Source: an archaeon (GTDB lineage Archaea > Iainarchaeota > Iainarchaeia > Iainarchaeales > CSSED10-239). From it: 19,482 nt of DNA. The notes under the pieces are model-generated. The model saw nothing but the letters and a program-made list of their open reading frames with translations, was not told where the DNA came from and did no database searches. The position numbers and the translations under genes are program-made. Below are positions 1-9,247 of the stretch, in pieces. Position 1 is the stretch's first letter, and each line of letters opens with the position of its first letter. The DNA is taken from assembly GCA_035390665.1 (NCBI GenBank), contig DAOOUC010000010.1, positions 1 through 19,482 of the forward strand, in the 5' to 3' direction.

Positions 1-248
1 AACCAAATATTTGAAATAAAATGATTACTTAATTTCTTAAATATCATATTAGAAATTAAAGTTAATGCAGATAACATAAAATAACCTACTGAGAATAAAA
101 CCAAACTTAACCCTATTGTTCCAATATTTAGTTCTAATGTATTAGGGGGTTCTAATTTTCCCATAAAAATAAATATTAAATACAAACCCACAATTAACAA
201 AATTACAGAAATAATCATTAACCATTTATCTACTTTCTTTGTATCCAT
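1..248 (-). CDS. Partial membrane protein, N-terminal part, truncated by left window edge
   Basis: Not in supplied track. Manual translation from ATG at 248 on the minus strand gives MDTKKVDKWLMIISVILLIVGLYLIFIFMGKLEPPNTLELNIGTIGLSLVLFSVGYFMLSALTLISNMIFKKLSNHFISNIW with no stop before base 1; two hydrophobic helices. Confidence 0.65.
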   Translation of the reverse strand, partial: MDTKKVDKWLMIISVILLIVGLYLIFIFMGKLEPPNTLELNIGTIGLSLVLFSVGYFMLSALTLISNMIFKKLSNHFISNIW

Positions 249-317
249 TTTTGTTTCACAAAAAAATAGAAGATATAACCTTTTAAAAGGTTATTTATTT
301 TATTAGGTTTTTTGCGT

Positions 318-821
318 TTAAATTATTAGATGCACTGCATTAAATATGAAAATAATTAATGAAGGCATAACAAGCATTACTAATACATCCCATGTATTTA
401 ATGCATCAGGATTTTTCTTATATTCATCCCATAAATATGTGTGTGCTTTTGTTTGTTTCTTTAAATGTAATAAATACCAAAGCAAACTAAAAATTAATGC
501 TGAAATTACCCATAGTGTTATGATTGCAGTATATTTTTCTAAAGCTAAAAAGTATTTAGATGAAAATATCCATAGTATTGTTATTAATCCATAAGTAACT
601 AATACAGAGAATATGGCTTTAAATATTAACTTTGCTGTTCCTGTCTTAAATAATGTAACAATGTTATTGAACAACCACATTATTATGAAAAGAACAGTCA
701 TTAATAATAAAACTATAAATATAAATGTTAAAATAAAAGTTCCAAGAACAAAACCAAGAACTAAAATAATACCTGCTAATATTAAAAAAATAATTTTTGT
801 TAAAAGATTCATAAAAATCAC
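318..821 (-). CDS. Multi-pass membrane protein of unknown function
   Basis: 167-aa ORF with several long hydrophobic segments; same strand and closely spaced behind the pilin-like and T2SSF-like genes. Confidence 0.7.
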   Translation of the reverse strand: MIFMNLLTKIIFLILAGIILVLGFVLGTFILTFIFIVLLLMTVLFIIMWLFNNIVTLFKTGTAKLIFKAIFSVLVTYGLITILWIFSSKYFLALEKYTAIITLWVISALIFSLLWYLLHLKKQTKAHTYLWDEYKKNPDALNTWDVLVMLVMPSLIIFIFNAVHLII

Positions 822-865
822 ATTGTTACTTGAATATATTATTTAGATAAGAAGTATTTTTAATA

Positions 866-1423
866 TTAATTATTTGATTCTGTTGCATTTGAATTATTTT
901 CTGTGTATAATGAATTTTCTGGTTTTTTGTTAAAGAAATAAACACAATAGGTTTTACAGTTTTCAGAATTTGGTGCAAAGCTAATCGGGTCAAAAATTTC
1001 ATCAGGCATATCTCCACTAGCTGTCCAGAAATCACAATACGCCCAAACATTCATCTTTAAATTGTCTGCTTTAATTCTTAAATCTCCATTGTCTAAATAC
1101 TCTATCCCTTGACCACCAATTAATCCTATACAATTTTCGTCCATTCCAGAATAAATACTTATCTTTCTTTTTGTTATTGTGCCTGTAAGCATTAAATCTT
1201 CAATAATAAATGGAATCTTTGTACTTGTTCCTACACTTTTTGCTGCAGATTGTACTCCTTCTTTTAATTTTTGATCACTAATCAATATTGATTGCTTATT
1301 TGTAGATGCAATCATATTCATAATAATTACAAGAATTGCAGCAGCTAAAACAAAAGCAATTAATAATCTAAAAGACTCAGAACTTGAATCGTCTCCTCTT
1401 TGATTAAGTTTAAGTATTTTCAT
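866..1423 (-). CDS. Pilin/archaellin-like protein with class III-like signal segment
   Basis: N-terminus MKILKLNQRGDDSSSESFRLLIAFVLAAAILVIIMNM: basic region, Glu followed by a hydrophobic helix. Start overlaps the stop of the T2SSF gene (TAATG). Confidence 0.55.
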   Translation of the reverse strand: MKILKLNQRGDDSSSESFRLLIAFVLAAAILVIIMNMIASTNKQSILISDQKLKEGVQSAAKSVGTSTKIPFIIEDLMLTGTITKRKISIYSGMDENCIGLIGGQGIEYLDNGDLRIKADNLKMNVWAYCDFWTASGDMPDEIFDPISFAPNSENCKTYCVYFFNKKPENSLYTENNSNATESNN

Positions 1424-3642
1424 TATAAAACCATATTTGCTAAAATTACAGTCAATACAAACAAGATTGTAGCAACAGGAAGAGTTTGTGCAATTCTATA
1501 TTTTACAAGAATCATATTTTCTTGTTCAATCATTGTAGTAAAGAAAGTCATAATTAAAACAATTTCAATAACATAAATTGCAACAATAATAGTAAATGCT
1601 GTTGGTGTTGCAATCTTACTAATAACATCCATATTTAAAGAACTACCAAAAGAAGACATAGAAGTTATATCCATTCCCATGCCTGTAGTGTCTATTCCTT
1701 CTAAAGATGAAGCCATTTCTTCTAAAGCTCCACTACTTGCTACAGAAGACAAAGTAGAAATTACAACCTTATGAAGAGTTGTTGTTACACCAAGAATAAT
1801 TGGACCAATAAACTTAGCCATACTATTTAAAGTAGAAGTAATTTCTGCAATTAAAGTTGATAATAATCTGTTAATTTCATCTGTATTTCTTAATTGCATA
1901 GAATATGAAATTAAAGTTTTAGCTGCAACATTTACACCCATCTGAACAGAATCAACTACTAATCTCATAGCACTATTGATTATTGTTGAAGGGTTATTCT
2001 TTAAGGCACCATAATTTTTATCAAAAACTGCAGAATTAAGAGTTAAACCTAAGACTCTTATGTTATCAACAGTTTTACCAAAAATATCTTTAGCAACAGT
2101 TGATTTAGGAAGGAATTGACGAGTGTGATCAAAAGCATCTTCAATTGGCTTATTTTCTCCAAGCCTACTTGCAATAATATACAGTGCATCCTTAAATTCT
2201 TTTTCTTGAGTTTCAGTTTGAAGTTGAACTTTTCTTTTATAAACACTTGTTGCATAACACCAAAGAGAAATTGATAAAGAAATAGCTATAAACAAACTAA
2301 AAATAATATAATAAGGAATAATCATATTCTTTGGTTCTGCCCAAAAAGCAGCTTCTTCTGCACACATTACTTTAGGATTAAGTGCTTTTGCATTTAATTC
2401 TTCTGTGGTACATCCCCAAACAGGTGTTGTTGTATTGAATTCTTCTTCTAATATTTTTTCTTTTGTTACTCCTAATGTGGTTTGTAAAAAAATTCCAGAA
2501 AATATACCAACACCCATAATTATTACAATTAAAATAAAAACATTAATCTGAAAATCTTTAATCTTTAATGTATTCTTTTTTGGAAGACCTGGATAATTAT
2601 CAGGAATAACTGGTGGAACATATGTTGGAGGTCTTTTCTTTATAACACTTCTAGCATAAAAGAAACAACCAAGAGGGATAGCAATATTATAAATCATTAT
2701 TAGATAGATTGGTTGAGCCATTGCTGAACCAGAAAAAGCAGAACCAACTGGTAAAACAATAATTAACAATAATGGTAAAAGAATACCAAGATAAAACATA
2801 ACTGTTGCTGGTTGATTTAAAGTTCTTGCATAATCTTCTAATTTTCCTTTAACAGAAACCAAGGTATCATTCATGGTTTGATCTAATAATTGATATCTCT
2901 TACTTTCAGAAGACTCAATTACTGAAGATCTAATCTTCATTAATCCTTTTTTTAGTTCAACAGAGATGTCTCCCCACTTATAAGCTAATTCATCTAAGGC
3001 TTCAGCAACACTATTCTTTATTCCTACCTTTACTTCCCAAAGTAATTTTTTAAGATCTTCTGCAATCTTTCCATGTCCGTGTTCTGAAGCAAATTCTATT
3101 GCTTTTTCTAAATTCGGCACTAACTTCATAGACATTATCATATATCCTAAAATCTCTGGAACAAAAGTTAATGCTTTAATCTTTTCATCTTGAACTTTAT
3201 TTAATGGATATTTTTGAACAAAAATATATAAATAGAAAACTAAACCAATTGGAATTCCAAAAACTAATAAATATGTAAGCATTGAAGATCCCAATGCATT
3301 TGAAATTGTTTCACCAAATAAATAAAATATTGAACCTGAAATAACAACTGCTAAAAACAAACCAACAATTAAAACAAACTTTACGGTTGCAGAATATTCT
3401 TCTGCACTTAAATCCCAATCTAAGAAATCTATTGCTTTTTGATATTCATCGTTGTATGTTGCATTCTTTCCAAGACCTGAAAACTTTTCATTAATCTTTT
3501 TACAAAAAGTAACATAAGCATTTGATTTCTTTTTAGAAAGTTTATCAGAAGGTTTAGAAAAATCTCTTGAATCTATAGCTATAGAACTATAAATTTCTCC
3601 TGGATTTTCCTTTGAAACCTTATACTTATAGTTGTCTGGCAT
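1423..3642 (-). CDS. Archaeal type II secretion system F / FlaJ-TadC-like membrane protein
   Basis: 739 aa; several TM groups separated by helical cytosolic regions (LRLVVDSVQMGVNVAAKTLISYSMQLRNTDEINRLLSTLIAEITSTLNSMAKFIGPI); typical layout of archaeal T2SSF proteins with two F-domain copies. Confidence 0.75.
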   Translation of the reverse strand: MPDNYKYKVSKENPGEIYSSIAIDSRDFSKPSDKLSKKKSNAYVTFCKKINEKFSGLGKNATYNDEYQKAIDFLDWDLSAEEYSATVKFVLIVGLFLAVVISGSIFYLFGETISNALGSSMLTYLLVFGIPIGLVFYLYIFVQKYPLNKVQDEKIKALTFVPEILGYMIMSMKLVPNLEKAIEFASEHGHGKIAEDLKKLLWEVKVGIKNSVAEALDELAYKWGDISVELKKGLMKIRSSVIESSESKRYQLLDQTMNDTLVSVKGKLEDYARTLNQPATVMFYLGILLPLLLIIVLPVGSAFSGSAMAQPIYLIMIYNIAIPLGCFFYARSVIKKRPPTYVPPVIPDNYPGLPKKNTLKIKDFQINVFILIVIIMGVGIFSGIFLQTTLGVTKEKILEEEFNTTTPVWGCTTEELNAKALNPKVMCAEEAAFWAEPKNMIIPYYIIFSLFIAISLSISLWCYATSVYKRKVQLQTETQEKEFKDALYIIASRLGENKPIEDAFDHTRQFLPKSTVAKDIFGKTVDNIRVLGLTLNSAVFDKNYGALKNNPSTIINSAMRLVVDSVQMGVNVAAKTLISYSMQLRNTDEINRLLSTLIAEITSTLNSMAKFIGPIILGVTTTLHKVVISTLSSVASSGALEEMASSLEGIDTTGMGMDITSMSSFGSSLNMDVISKIATPTAFTIIVAIYVIEIVLIMTFFTTMIEQENMILVKYRIAQTLPVATILFVLTVILANMVL

Positions 3643-3756
3643 CTTTTATCTTGTGTTTTAGTATAATTAAAATATATTTATAAAAGAAAGAAAGATTTAA
3701 ATACATGTCCCTTTTCTATTTTTATATATTAAAATAAATTTAATAGGAGACAAAAA

Positions 3757-3948
3757 ATGAGTTTTAAAATAATACATGACAAAAACAAATGTGTGGGTTG
3801 CGGTGCTTGTGTTGCTGTATGCCCTGACAATTGGGAATATAAAGAAGACAAAGTTTTACCTAAAAAAACTAAAGTTGAAGAAATTGGTTGTAACCAAGTT
3901 GCAGCAGATACTTGCCCGGTTTCATGTATAAAGATTGAAAAAGAATGA
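3757..3948 (+). CDS. Small ferredoxin
   Basis: KCVGCGACVAVCPDN...TCPVSCI cysteine pattern; 63 aa; RBS-like GGAG upstream (ataggagacaaaaaATG). Confidence 0.9.
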   Translation: MSFKIIHDKNKCVGCGACVAVCPDNWEYKEDKVLPKKTKVEEIGCNQVAADTCPVSCIKIEKE

Positions 3949-4811
3949 AATTAAATTTTGGAACTGCCGGTATTCCTGGGACATCTAATGGTCCAATACC
4001 TAAGATAAAAGATGCAACCGTTTCAGGAATACATCAAGTAGCTAGTTTTAATCTTGATGCTTTGGAGATTGAATTTGTTAGAGGAGTGTATCTTAAAACA
4101 AGTAACCCAGAACAACTAGAACTCATAAAAAAAACCTCAGAAGAAAAAAATGTTTCACTTAGCATTCATTGCCCTTATTATATTAATTTAAGTTCTCTTG
4201 ATTCTGAAATTATTAGAAATAGTATAGGTTATATTTCACAATCACTTATTGTTGGACAATTAATTGGCTCCAGGATTGCTTTATTTCACCCAGGCTATTT
4301 TCAAAAACAAGAAAGGGCAGAAGTTCTAGACACAATTTCAAAAGGAATAGACAAAATTATTGAAACTGTTGAAAAGAAAGGCAATCATAAAAGAATACAC
4401 ATAGGTTTAGAGCTAACCGGAAAAGAAACGCAAGTTGGTTCTTTAGAAGATATTTTTTATTTTTATGAAAAATATAAAGATTTAGGAGTATTACCTGTTA
4501 TTGACTTCTCACACCAACATGCTAGAAAAAATGGTTACTTTAGAGAGCAGAAAAACTTGAATTCTTTTTTTGAAAAACTAGATAGTTATCCAGATTATCT
4601 AAAGAACATGCATATGCACATGTCAGGAATCAATTACTCAGAGAAAGGAGAAAGAAATCATCTAATGTTTGAAGACAAAGCAAATGACTTTCCTTACAAG
4701 AAGATTTTAGAAAAACTAAAAGAAAGAAAAGCAGAAGGGACAATCATCTGTGAAAGTCCTATTCCATATGAGGATGCTCAATTACTAAAAAAAGAATATA
4801 CAAAATTATAA
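3945..4811 (+). CDS. nfo: Endonuclease IV-like AP endonuclease (TIM barrel)
   Basis: GTAGIPG N-terminus, SIHCPYYINL, RIALFHPG, HIGLELTGK, LPVIDFSHQHAR, MHMHMSG, ICESP motifs of the AP endonuclease family 2; ATGA overlap with the ferredoxin. Confidence 0.82.
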   Translation: MKLNFGTAGIPGTSNGPIPKIKDATVSGIHQVASFNLDALEIEFVRGVYLKTSNPEQLELIKKTSEEKNVSLSIHCPYYINLSSLDSEIIRNSIGYISQSLIVGQLIGSRIALFHPGYFQKQERAEVLDTISKGIDKIIETVEKKGNHKRIHIGLELTGKETQVGSLEDIFYFYEKYKDLGVLPVIDFSHQHARKNGYFREQKNLNSFFEKLDSYPDYLKNMHMHMSGINYSEKGERNHLMFEDKANDFPYKKILEKLKERKAEGTIICESPIPYEDAQLLKKEYTKL

Positions 4812-5279
4812 AAGATCCCAGTCTTTTCCGCCTTTATCTTTTAATCTTTCTTTTACTGATTTTCCATCTTTATTTGCTAATCCGTGCATTGGTCTTGGTA
4901 AATTTGCAGGTTGACTTGATCTTTTCATAATATTTGACTGCTTACTTTCAAGTTCATCCATTTCATCTGGTTCTTCATCGTCATAGTTTCCAGAATCTAA
5001 AATCTCAATTTCATCAATATCATCATTATATGGATCTTCTTTTTTATTTCTAATAATTTCTGTATCTCTTCCACCAGAATTAAGAGTTGGTCTTGTACTG
5101 CTTGTTGCAGCAGCATATCTTTGACCGTCTTTTGATTTTTTCATAACATTTATTCTATCAATACTATCTTGATTAACAGGACCAGAATAACCACATTGTC
5201 TACATTTGTGTCCTCCTGTGCTTTGATCCATTCCTACATTTAAAGAATAACATTTAGGACAATATTTGTATAATACCAT
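4806..5279 (-). CDS. Zinc-ribbon protein with acidic low-complexity C-terminal region
   Basis: CPKCYSLNV...HKCRQCGYSG Cys4 ribbon followed by an Asp/Glu-rich tail. Confidence 0.65.
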   Translation of the reverse strand: MVLYKYCPKCYSLNVGMDQSTGGHKCRQCGYSGPVNQDSIDRINVMKKSKDGQRYAAATSSTRPTLNSGGRDTEIIRNKKEDPYNDDIDEIEILDSGNYDDEEPDEMDELESKQSNIMKRSSQPANLPRPMHGLANKDGKSVKERLKDKGGKDWDLL

Positions 5280-5401
5280 TTTTACTTCACCTTTTTCTCC
5301 ACAAAAATATTAAATATAATAAAATGATAAATACAAATGTTTAAAAGCATATTTTATTTATGTTTTATTAGATTATTTAAAAATAAAAGGAGAAAGATAA
5401 G

Positions 5402-6589
5402 ATGAGTTTTAATAAGAATGAAGTTGGAGTTGTTGCCTATGGTGTAAAAACAGGAATAATTACCCCAAAAGATAATATCATTGAAATAGTTAAACAAACA
5501 TTTAAAAAAAATCCTAAACTTTTAGAAAATGGAGACATTGTTTGTGTTAAAGAAGCAGTTACTGCAATTACTCAGAATAATTTCGTAAGTTTAGAAGATA
5601 TTAGAACAGATATAATAACTAAATTAAAAATAAAAGAAAACTCAACAATTGGTGTTGTTTTTCCAATAACTTCCAGAAATAGATTTTCTTTAATTCTAAG
5701 AGCAATCTCATCAACAGTTCCAAAAGGAAAAATAATAGTACAATTGTTGTTTCCATCCGATGAGCAAGGAAATCAAATAATTTCTGAAGATTTCTTAAAA
5801 AAGAAAAAAATAAAATTAGAAGATAAAATTACTTTAGAAAAAATTGGAAAAAATAGATTCATACATCCAGAGACTGGAATGGATTATATTAAATTCTATG
5901 AAGATTTAATAAAGAAAGAAGGAGCAAAATCTGAAATATTTTTATCAAATAACCCTGAACATATTCTACAATATAAACCAACAGGAGTAATTATCTCTAA
6001 TGTTCACGACAGAAACAAAATTTTAGAAAAAATTAAACCAAAGTTTAAAAACACAATTACTTTACAAGACATCTGTTCTGATAAAAAAAGAAAATCACAC
6101 TCAGAATATGGACTTTTAGGTTCAAACATACTTGATCCTGAAAAAGGAATAATTAAACTTCCACCAAGAGACTCAGACAAAGTTTGTCTAGAAATACAAA
6201 AAATGATAAAAACAACATTTAAAAAAAATGTAGAAGTAATGGTCTATGGAGATGGAGCATATAAAGATCCTGAAAGTGGAATATATGAACTTGCTGATCC
6301 TGTTTGTGCTTTTGGAGTAACTCCTGGAATTGAAAGCAACAGAAGAGTAGGGGTAAAAACAAAATATCTAATGCAAAAATACCTAAATGAAGGAAAAACT
6401 AAAGAAGAAATTCTAAAAGAGATAGAAAAAGAAAAGAAAAAAGTACTTTGCACAACAGACAAAGGAAATATGGCTTGTGAAGGAACAACACCAAGAAAAG
6501 TAAGAAACCTTGTTGCAAGTCTTGCTGATCTTGTGTCTGGTAGTGCAGATGCAAATACTCCTGTAGTTATTGTAAGAGGGTTTATTTAA
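5402..6589 (+). CDS. CofE-like coenzyme F420-0:L-glutamate ligase family protein
   Basis: [22 protein letters not shown]-like region, [46 protein letters not shown]; resembles the COG1478 fold; RBS-like ggagaaag upstream. Confidence 0.7.
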   Translation: MSFNKNEVGVVAYGVKTGIITPKDNIIEIVKQTFKKNPKLLENGDIVCVKEAVTAITQNNFVSLEDIRTDIITKLKIKENSTIGVVFPITSRNRFSLILRAISSTVPKGKIIVQLLFPSDEQGNQIISEDFLKKKKIKLEDKITLEKIGKNRFIHPETGMDYIKFYEDLIKKEGAKSEIFLSNNPEHILQYKPTGVIISNVHDRNKILEKIKPKFKNTITLQDICSDKKRKSHSEYGLLGSNILDPEKGIIKLPPRDSDKVCLEIQKMIKTTFKKNVEVMVYGDGAYKDPESGIYELADPVCAFGVTPGIESNRRVGVKTKYLMQKYLNEGKTKEEILKEIEKEKKKVLCTTDKGNMACEGTTPRKVRNLVASLADLVSGSADANTPVVIVRGFI

Positions 6590-6673
6590 AATTTAAAATT
6601 CTCTTATTTTTTAACAAATATACAAAAAAACAAGAGTTTAGAATTTATATAGTTCTTTAATCACATAATTATT

Positions 6674-7306
6674 ATGAATAATAAAATTTTAATAAAATTA
6701 AGTGTTGGAATTGGAAGAAATTTAGCAGAAGCAGAAGAAGCTTTAAAAATTGCAAAAACAAACAAAAACAAACATAAAAAATTTAATATAGAAATTTATA
6801 ATGGCCCAAAATTAAAATATACAAATATCATTCCGTCTGAAATTATTAATGCATACCTAAGACTTGAAAAAAAGTTATCTAATTCTCCTAAAGAACTTTT
6901 GGATTTAGAAATATTAAAAAAAGATCCAAAAACTAAACTTTTAAATAAATTAGGATATTACATAGAATTGCAAAAATTAGAACTTAAGAAAAAATATAAT
7001 AAAAGAAATAGATTTATTATTTTATTTGATGCAGATTCTATGCACCTTCTTAATAAAAAATATGGCTATGAAACTGTGGATAGATATCTAGAAGCAATTG
7101 GAAAAGCGCTCTCTGAAAACATAAGATATTCTAAAGACCGAAACGAAAAAGATTTATTAAAAATAAAAGATTTATTAAACAATAGAAAAAATGATGCTGC
7201 AGGAGATGAATTTATTATTGATCTCTCTTGTAATAAGAAATATTTAAAACAAATTGCTGAAAGGTATATTACTAATTGTTATGAATATCAGAAAAAATTA
7301 AAATGA
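6674..7306 (+). CDS. GGDEF/nucleotidyl-cyclase palm-like protein with unusual segment order
   Basis: TKLLNKLGYYIEL, IILFDADSMHLLNKKYGYETVDRYLEAIGKAL and NDAAGDEFIIDL match successive GGDEF motifs; N-terminal LSVGIGRNLAEAEEALKIAK resembles the normally C-terminal (S)IGIA...ADxALYxAK segment. In-frame stop at 6650 supports the start at 6674. Confidence 0.65.
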   Translation: MNNKILIKLSVGIGRNLAEAEEALKIAKTNKNKHKKFNIEIYNGPKLKYTNIIPSEIINAYLRLEKKLSNSPKELLDLEILKKDPKTKLLNKLGYYIELQKLELKKKYNKRNRFIILFDADSMHLLNKKYGYETVDRYLEAIGKALSENIRYSKDRNEKDLLKIKDLLNNRKNDAAGDEFIIDLSCNKKYLKQIAERYITNCYEYQKKLK

Positions 7307-8671
7307 TTTAATTGTTTTTTGTTTCTCTTTTTCTAAAATTCCTTCTGCTGCTATAACGCCTGTAATGGCTGCACCAATAATATTTCCTGAAACTCCTGCT
7401 CCATCTCCAGCCATATAAAGATTTTTTATATGTGTTTCTAAATATTTATTTGTTTTAATTTTTGTGGATCTAAATTTGACTTCAGGAGCATACAGAAATG
7501 TGGAATCTCCATCAAGGCCAGGAAGAATCTTATCAAGCATCTCTATTCCTTCAATTAAATTTTTTGTAATTCTGTATGGCAAAGCAAGACCAATATCTCC
7601 TGGAATTGCATCCTTTAAAGAAGGGGTAATATGAGCGTGCTGAAGTCTTGAATAAGTACTTCTTCTTCCAACTTTTAAATCTTTAAATCTTTGAACTATT
7701 GGTTTTCCACCACCAACTAATGTTGCACCTTGTGCTACAAAATTTGCATAAAGTCTTGTGTTTTCTAAAGGTTCTGTTAATTTTACTTCAGTTACTAAAG
7801 CAAAATTAGAATTCTTGCCATCTAAGTTATGATTGCTGTGCCCGTTAACACAAACAAAATCCTCATATTCTTCTGTTGCCACATATCCGTGAGGACAAGG
7901 ACAAAATGTTCTAACAACATCATCATATGTTTTAGAATACATCAAATAAACAGTTTCATACATTAATTCAGCCTGCTCCTCAATTAAAGCTGCAGGGAAT
8001 TCCACTCTTACTCCAACTTCAATTTTATCATACATTTTTTCAAGATTGTTTTTTTGTGAGATTTTTTCAATCCATGAAGAATTATATCTTCCTGGAGCAC
8101 AAATTACATATTTTGATTTAAGTTCTGCTCCATCAGCTAAAATTACTCCTTGAATTAAATTATCTTTAACCAACAAATCCAAAACTTCTGTATTTGGTAA
8201 AAGTTGTACATTTTTTTTAATTAAATGTTCTTGCAATTTATGAATTACTGCCGGTAGTTTATCTGTCCCAACATGAATTGTTTTTCTTATAAATAATTTT
8301 ATGTTGTGCTTTTGAGAAAGATCAACCAAATCTTGCGTTTTTTTAAGATCTTTTGGATAATATTCTGCAGGCACTCCAAATTCTAAAAATAATTTTTCCA
8401 CATAATCTAAATATTCTTGATATTCTGAGATTGTATAAAGATGAAACATCTTTTCGTGGCTTAAAACTGGAGTAAAATGAAGCTTTCCATCTGAAAATGT
8501 TCCAGCCCCACCAAAACCGGTCATAACATCTGTTTTTTGTCTGTTTTCTACAAGTTGTCCTTTATCAATAAGTAAGATTTTAAGTTTACTATTCTTAGAT
8601 AATTCATAAGCACTAAAAATTCCAGCAGGCCCTGCACCAACAATTATAATATCAAAAAAGTTATTATCCAT
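7298..8671 (-). CDS. FAD-dependent dehydrogenase (NAD/FAD Rossmann family, COG2509-like)
   Basis: DIIIVGAGPAGIFSAYELS dinucleotide-binding motif, GKLHFTPV, YMAGDGAGVSGNIIGAAITGV C-terminal motif. ORF opens at 8704 but the ATG at 8671 (MDNNFFDIIIVGAG) is a better start. Confidence 0.8.
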   Translation of the reverse strand: MDNNFFDIIIVGAGPAGIFSAYELSKNSKLKILLIDKGQLVENRQKTDVMTGFGGAGTFSDGKLHFTPVLSHEKMFHLYTISEYQEYLDYVEKLFLEFGVPAEYYPKDLKKTQDLVDLSQKHNIKLFIRKTIHVGTDKLPAVIHKLQEHLIKKNVQLLPNTEVLDLLVKDNLIQGVILADGAELKSKYVICAPGRYNSSWIEKISQKNNLEKMYDKIEVGVRVEFPAALIEEQAELMYETVYLMYSKTYDDVVRTFCPCPHGYVATEEYEDFVCVNGHSNHNLDGKNSNFALVTEVKLTEPLENTRLYANFVAQGATLVGGGKPIVQRFKDLKVGRRSTYSRLQHAHITPSLKDAIPGDIGLALPYRITKNLIEGIEMLDKILPGLDGDSTFLYAPEVKFRSTKIKTNKYLETHIKNLYMAGDGAGVSGNIIGAAITGVIAAEGILEKEKQKTIKSF

Positions 8672-8743
8672 AAGATTCACAATAATAATATAAAGACTAA
8701 ACACTTTAAAAGATTATTGTGTATCATTTATATTGATACAATT

Positions 8744-9247
8744 ATGGAACTAAAAATTAAACCAATATTTTTAGGAAAAACAAACAATTTCAAAAAAAAT
8801 CAAATAATAAACAATTATTATTGTTTGTATTTTCATAATGGAAAATCATTTCTTTATGCAAAAGAAAACAAATCTTTTATTGAATATCTTATTAATAAAA
8901 GTAATTCCACAGAAAAAGAAAAAATTACAAGACTATTAAATTCTGAAAAGTTTTATGAATTCTTAAATGAAATACCTAATCTCAAGAATTATTCTAAATT
9001 TTTAGAAATACATTACTTAAAAGACCTTAATTTAATAAATAAAATTAATGATTGCTTTCAAGATTGGCTTATTGGAACACCTAATCAAAAAATTAAAGCT
9101 TTAGATAAAATAAAGAAAGAATTAAAACAAGAAATCGTGATAAATTATTTATCTAAATTAAAAACAGAACAACCTAAATTAAGAGAATTAAAAAGAACAG
9201 AACCAAAAAAACGCAAATTAAGAAGAATATCTTCAAAAGCAAAATAA
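8744..9247 (+). CDS. Hypothetical protein with Lys/Arg-rich C-terminus
   Basis: ORF open from a TTG at 8717; first ATG at 8744 (MELKIKPIFLG...). No family recognised. Confidence 0.5.
   Translation: MELKIKPIFLGKTNNFKKNQIINNYYCLYFHNGKSFLYAKENKSFIEYLINKSNSTEKEKITRLLNSEKFYEFLNEIPNLKNYSKFLEIHYLKDLNLINKINDCFQDWLIGTPNQKIKALDKIKKELKQEIVINYLSKLKTEQPKLRELKRTEPKKRKLRRISSKAK

Noticed and set aside
346-1050. Track ORFs 346..594 +, 613..846 + and 826..1050 -
   Set aside because: The two + strand ORFs are antisense to the 318-821 membrane gene; 826..1050 is an alternative frame over the pilin-like gene. No recognisable motifs.
2058-2255. 65-aa minus-strand ORF inside the FlaJ-like gene
   Set aside because: Alternative frame of a long, motif-supported coding region.
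6244-6462. Minus-strand ORF opposite the CofE-like gene
   Set aside because: Antisense shadow of conserved coding motifs; Ser/Phe-rich as expected for complementary A-rich DNA.
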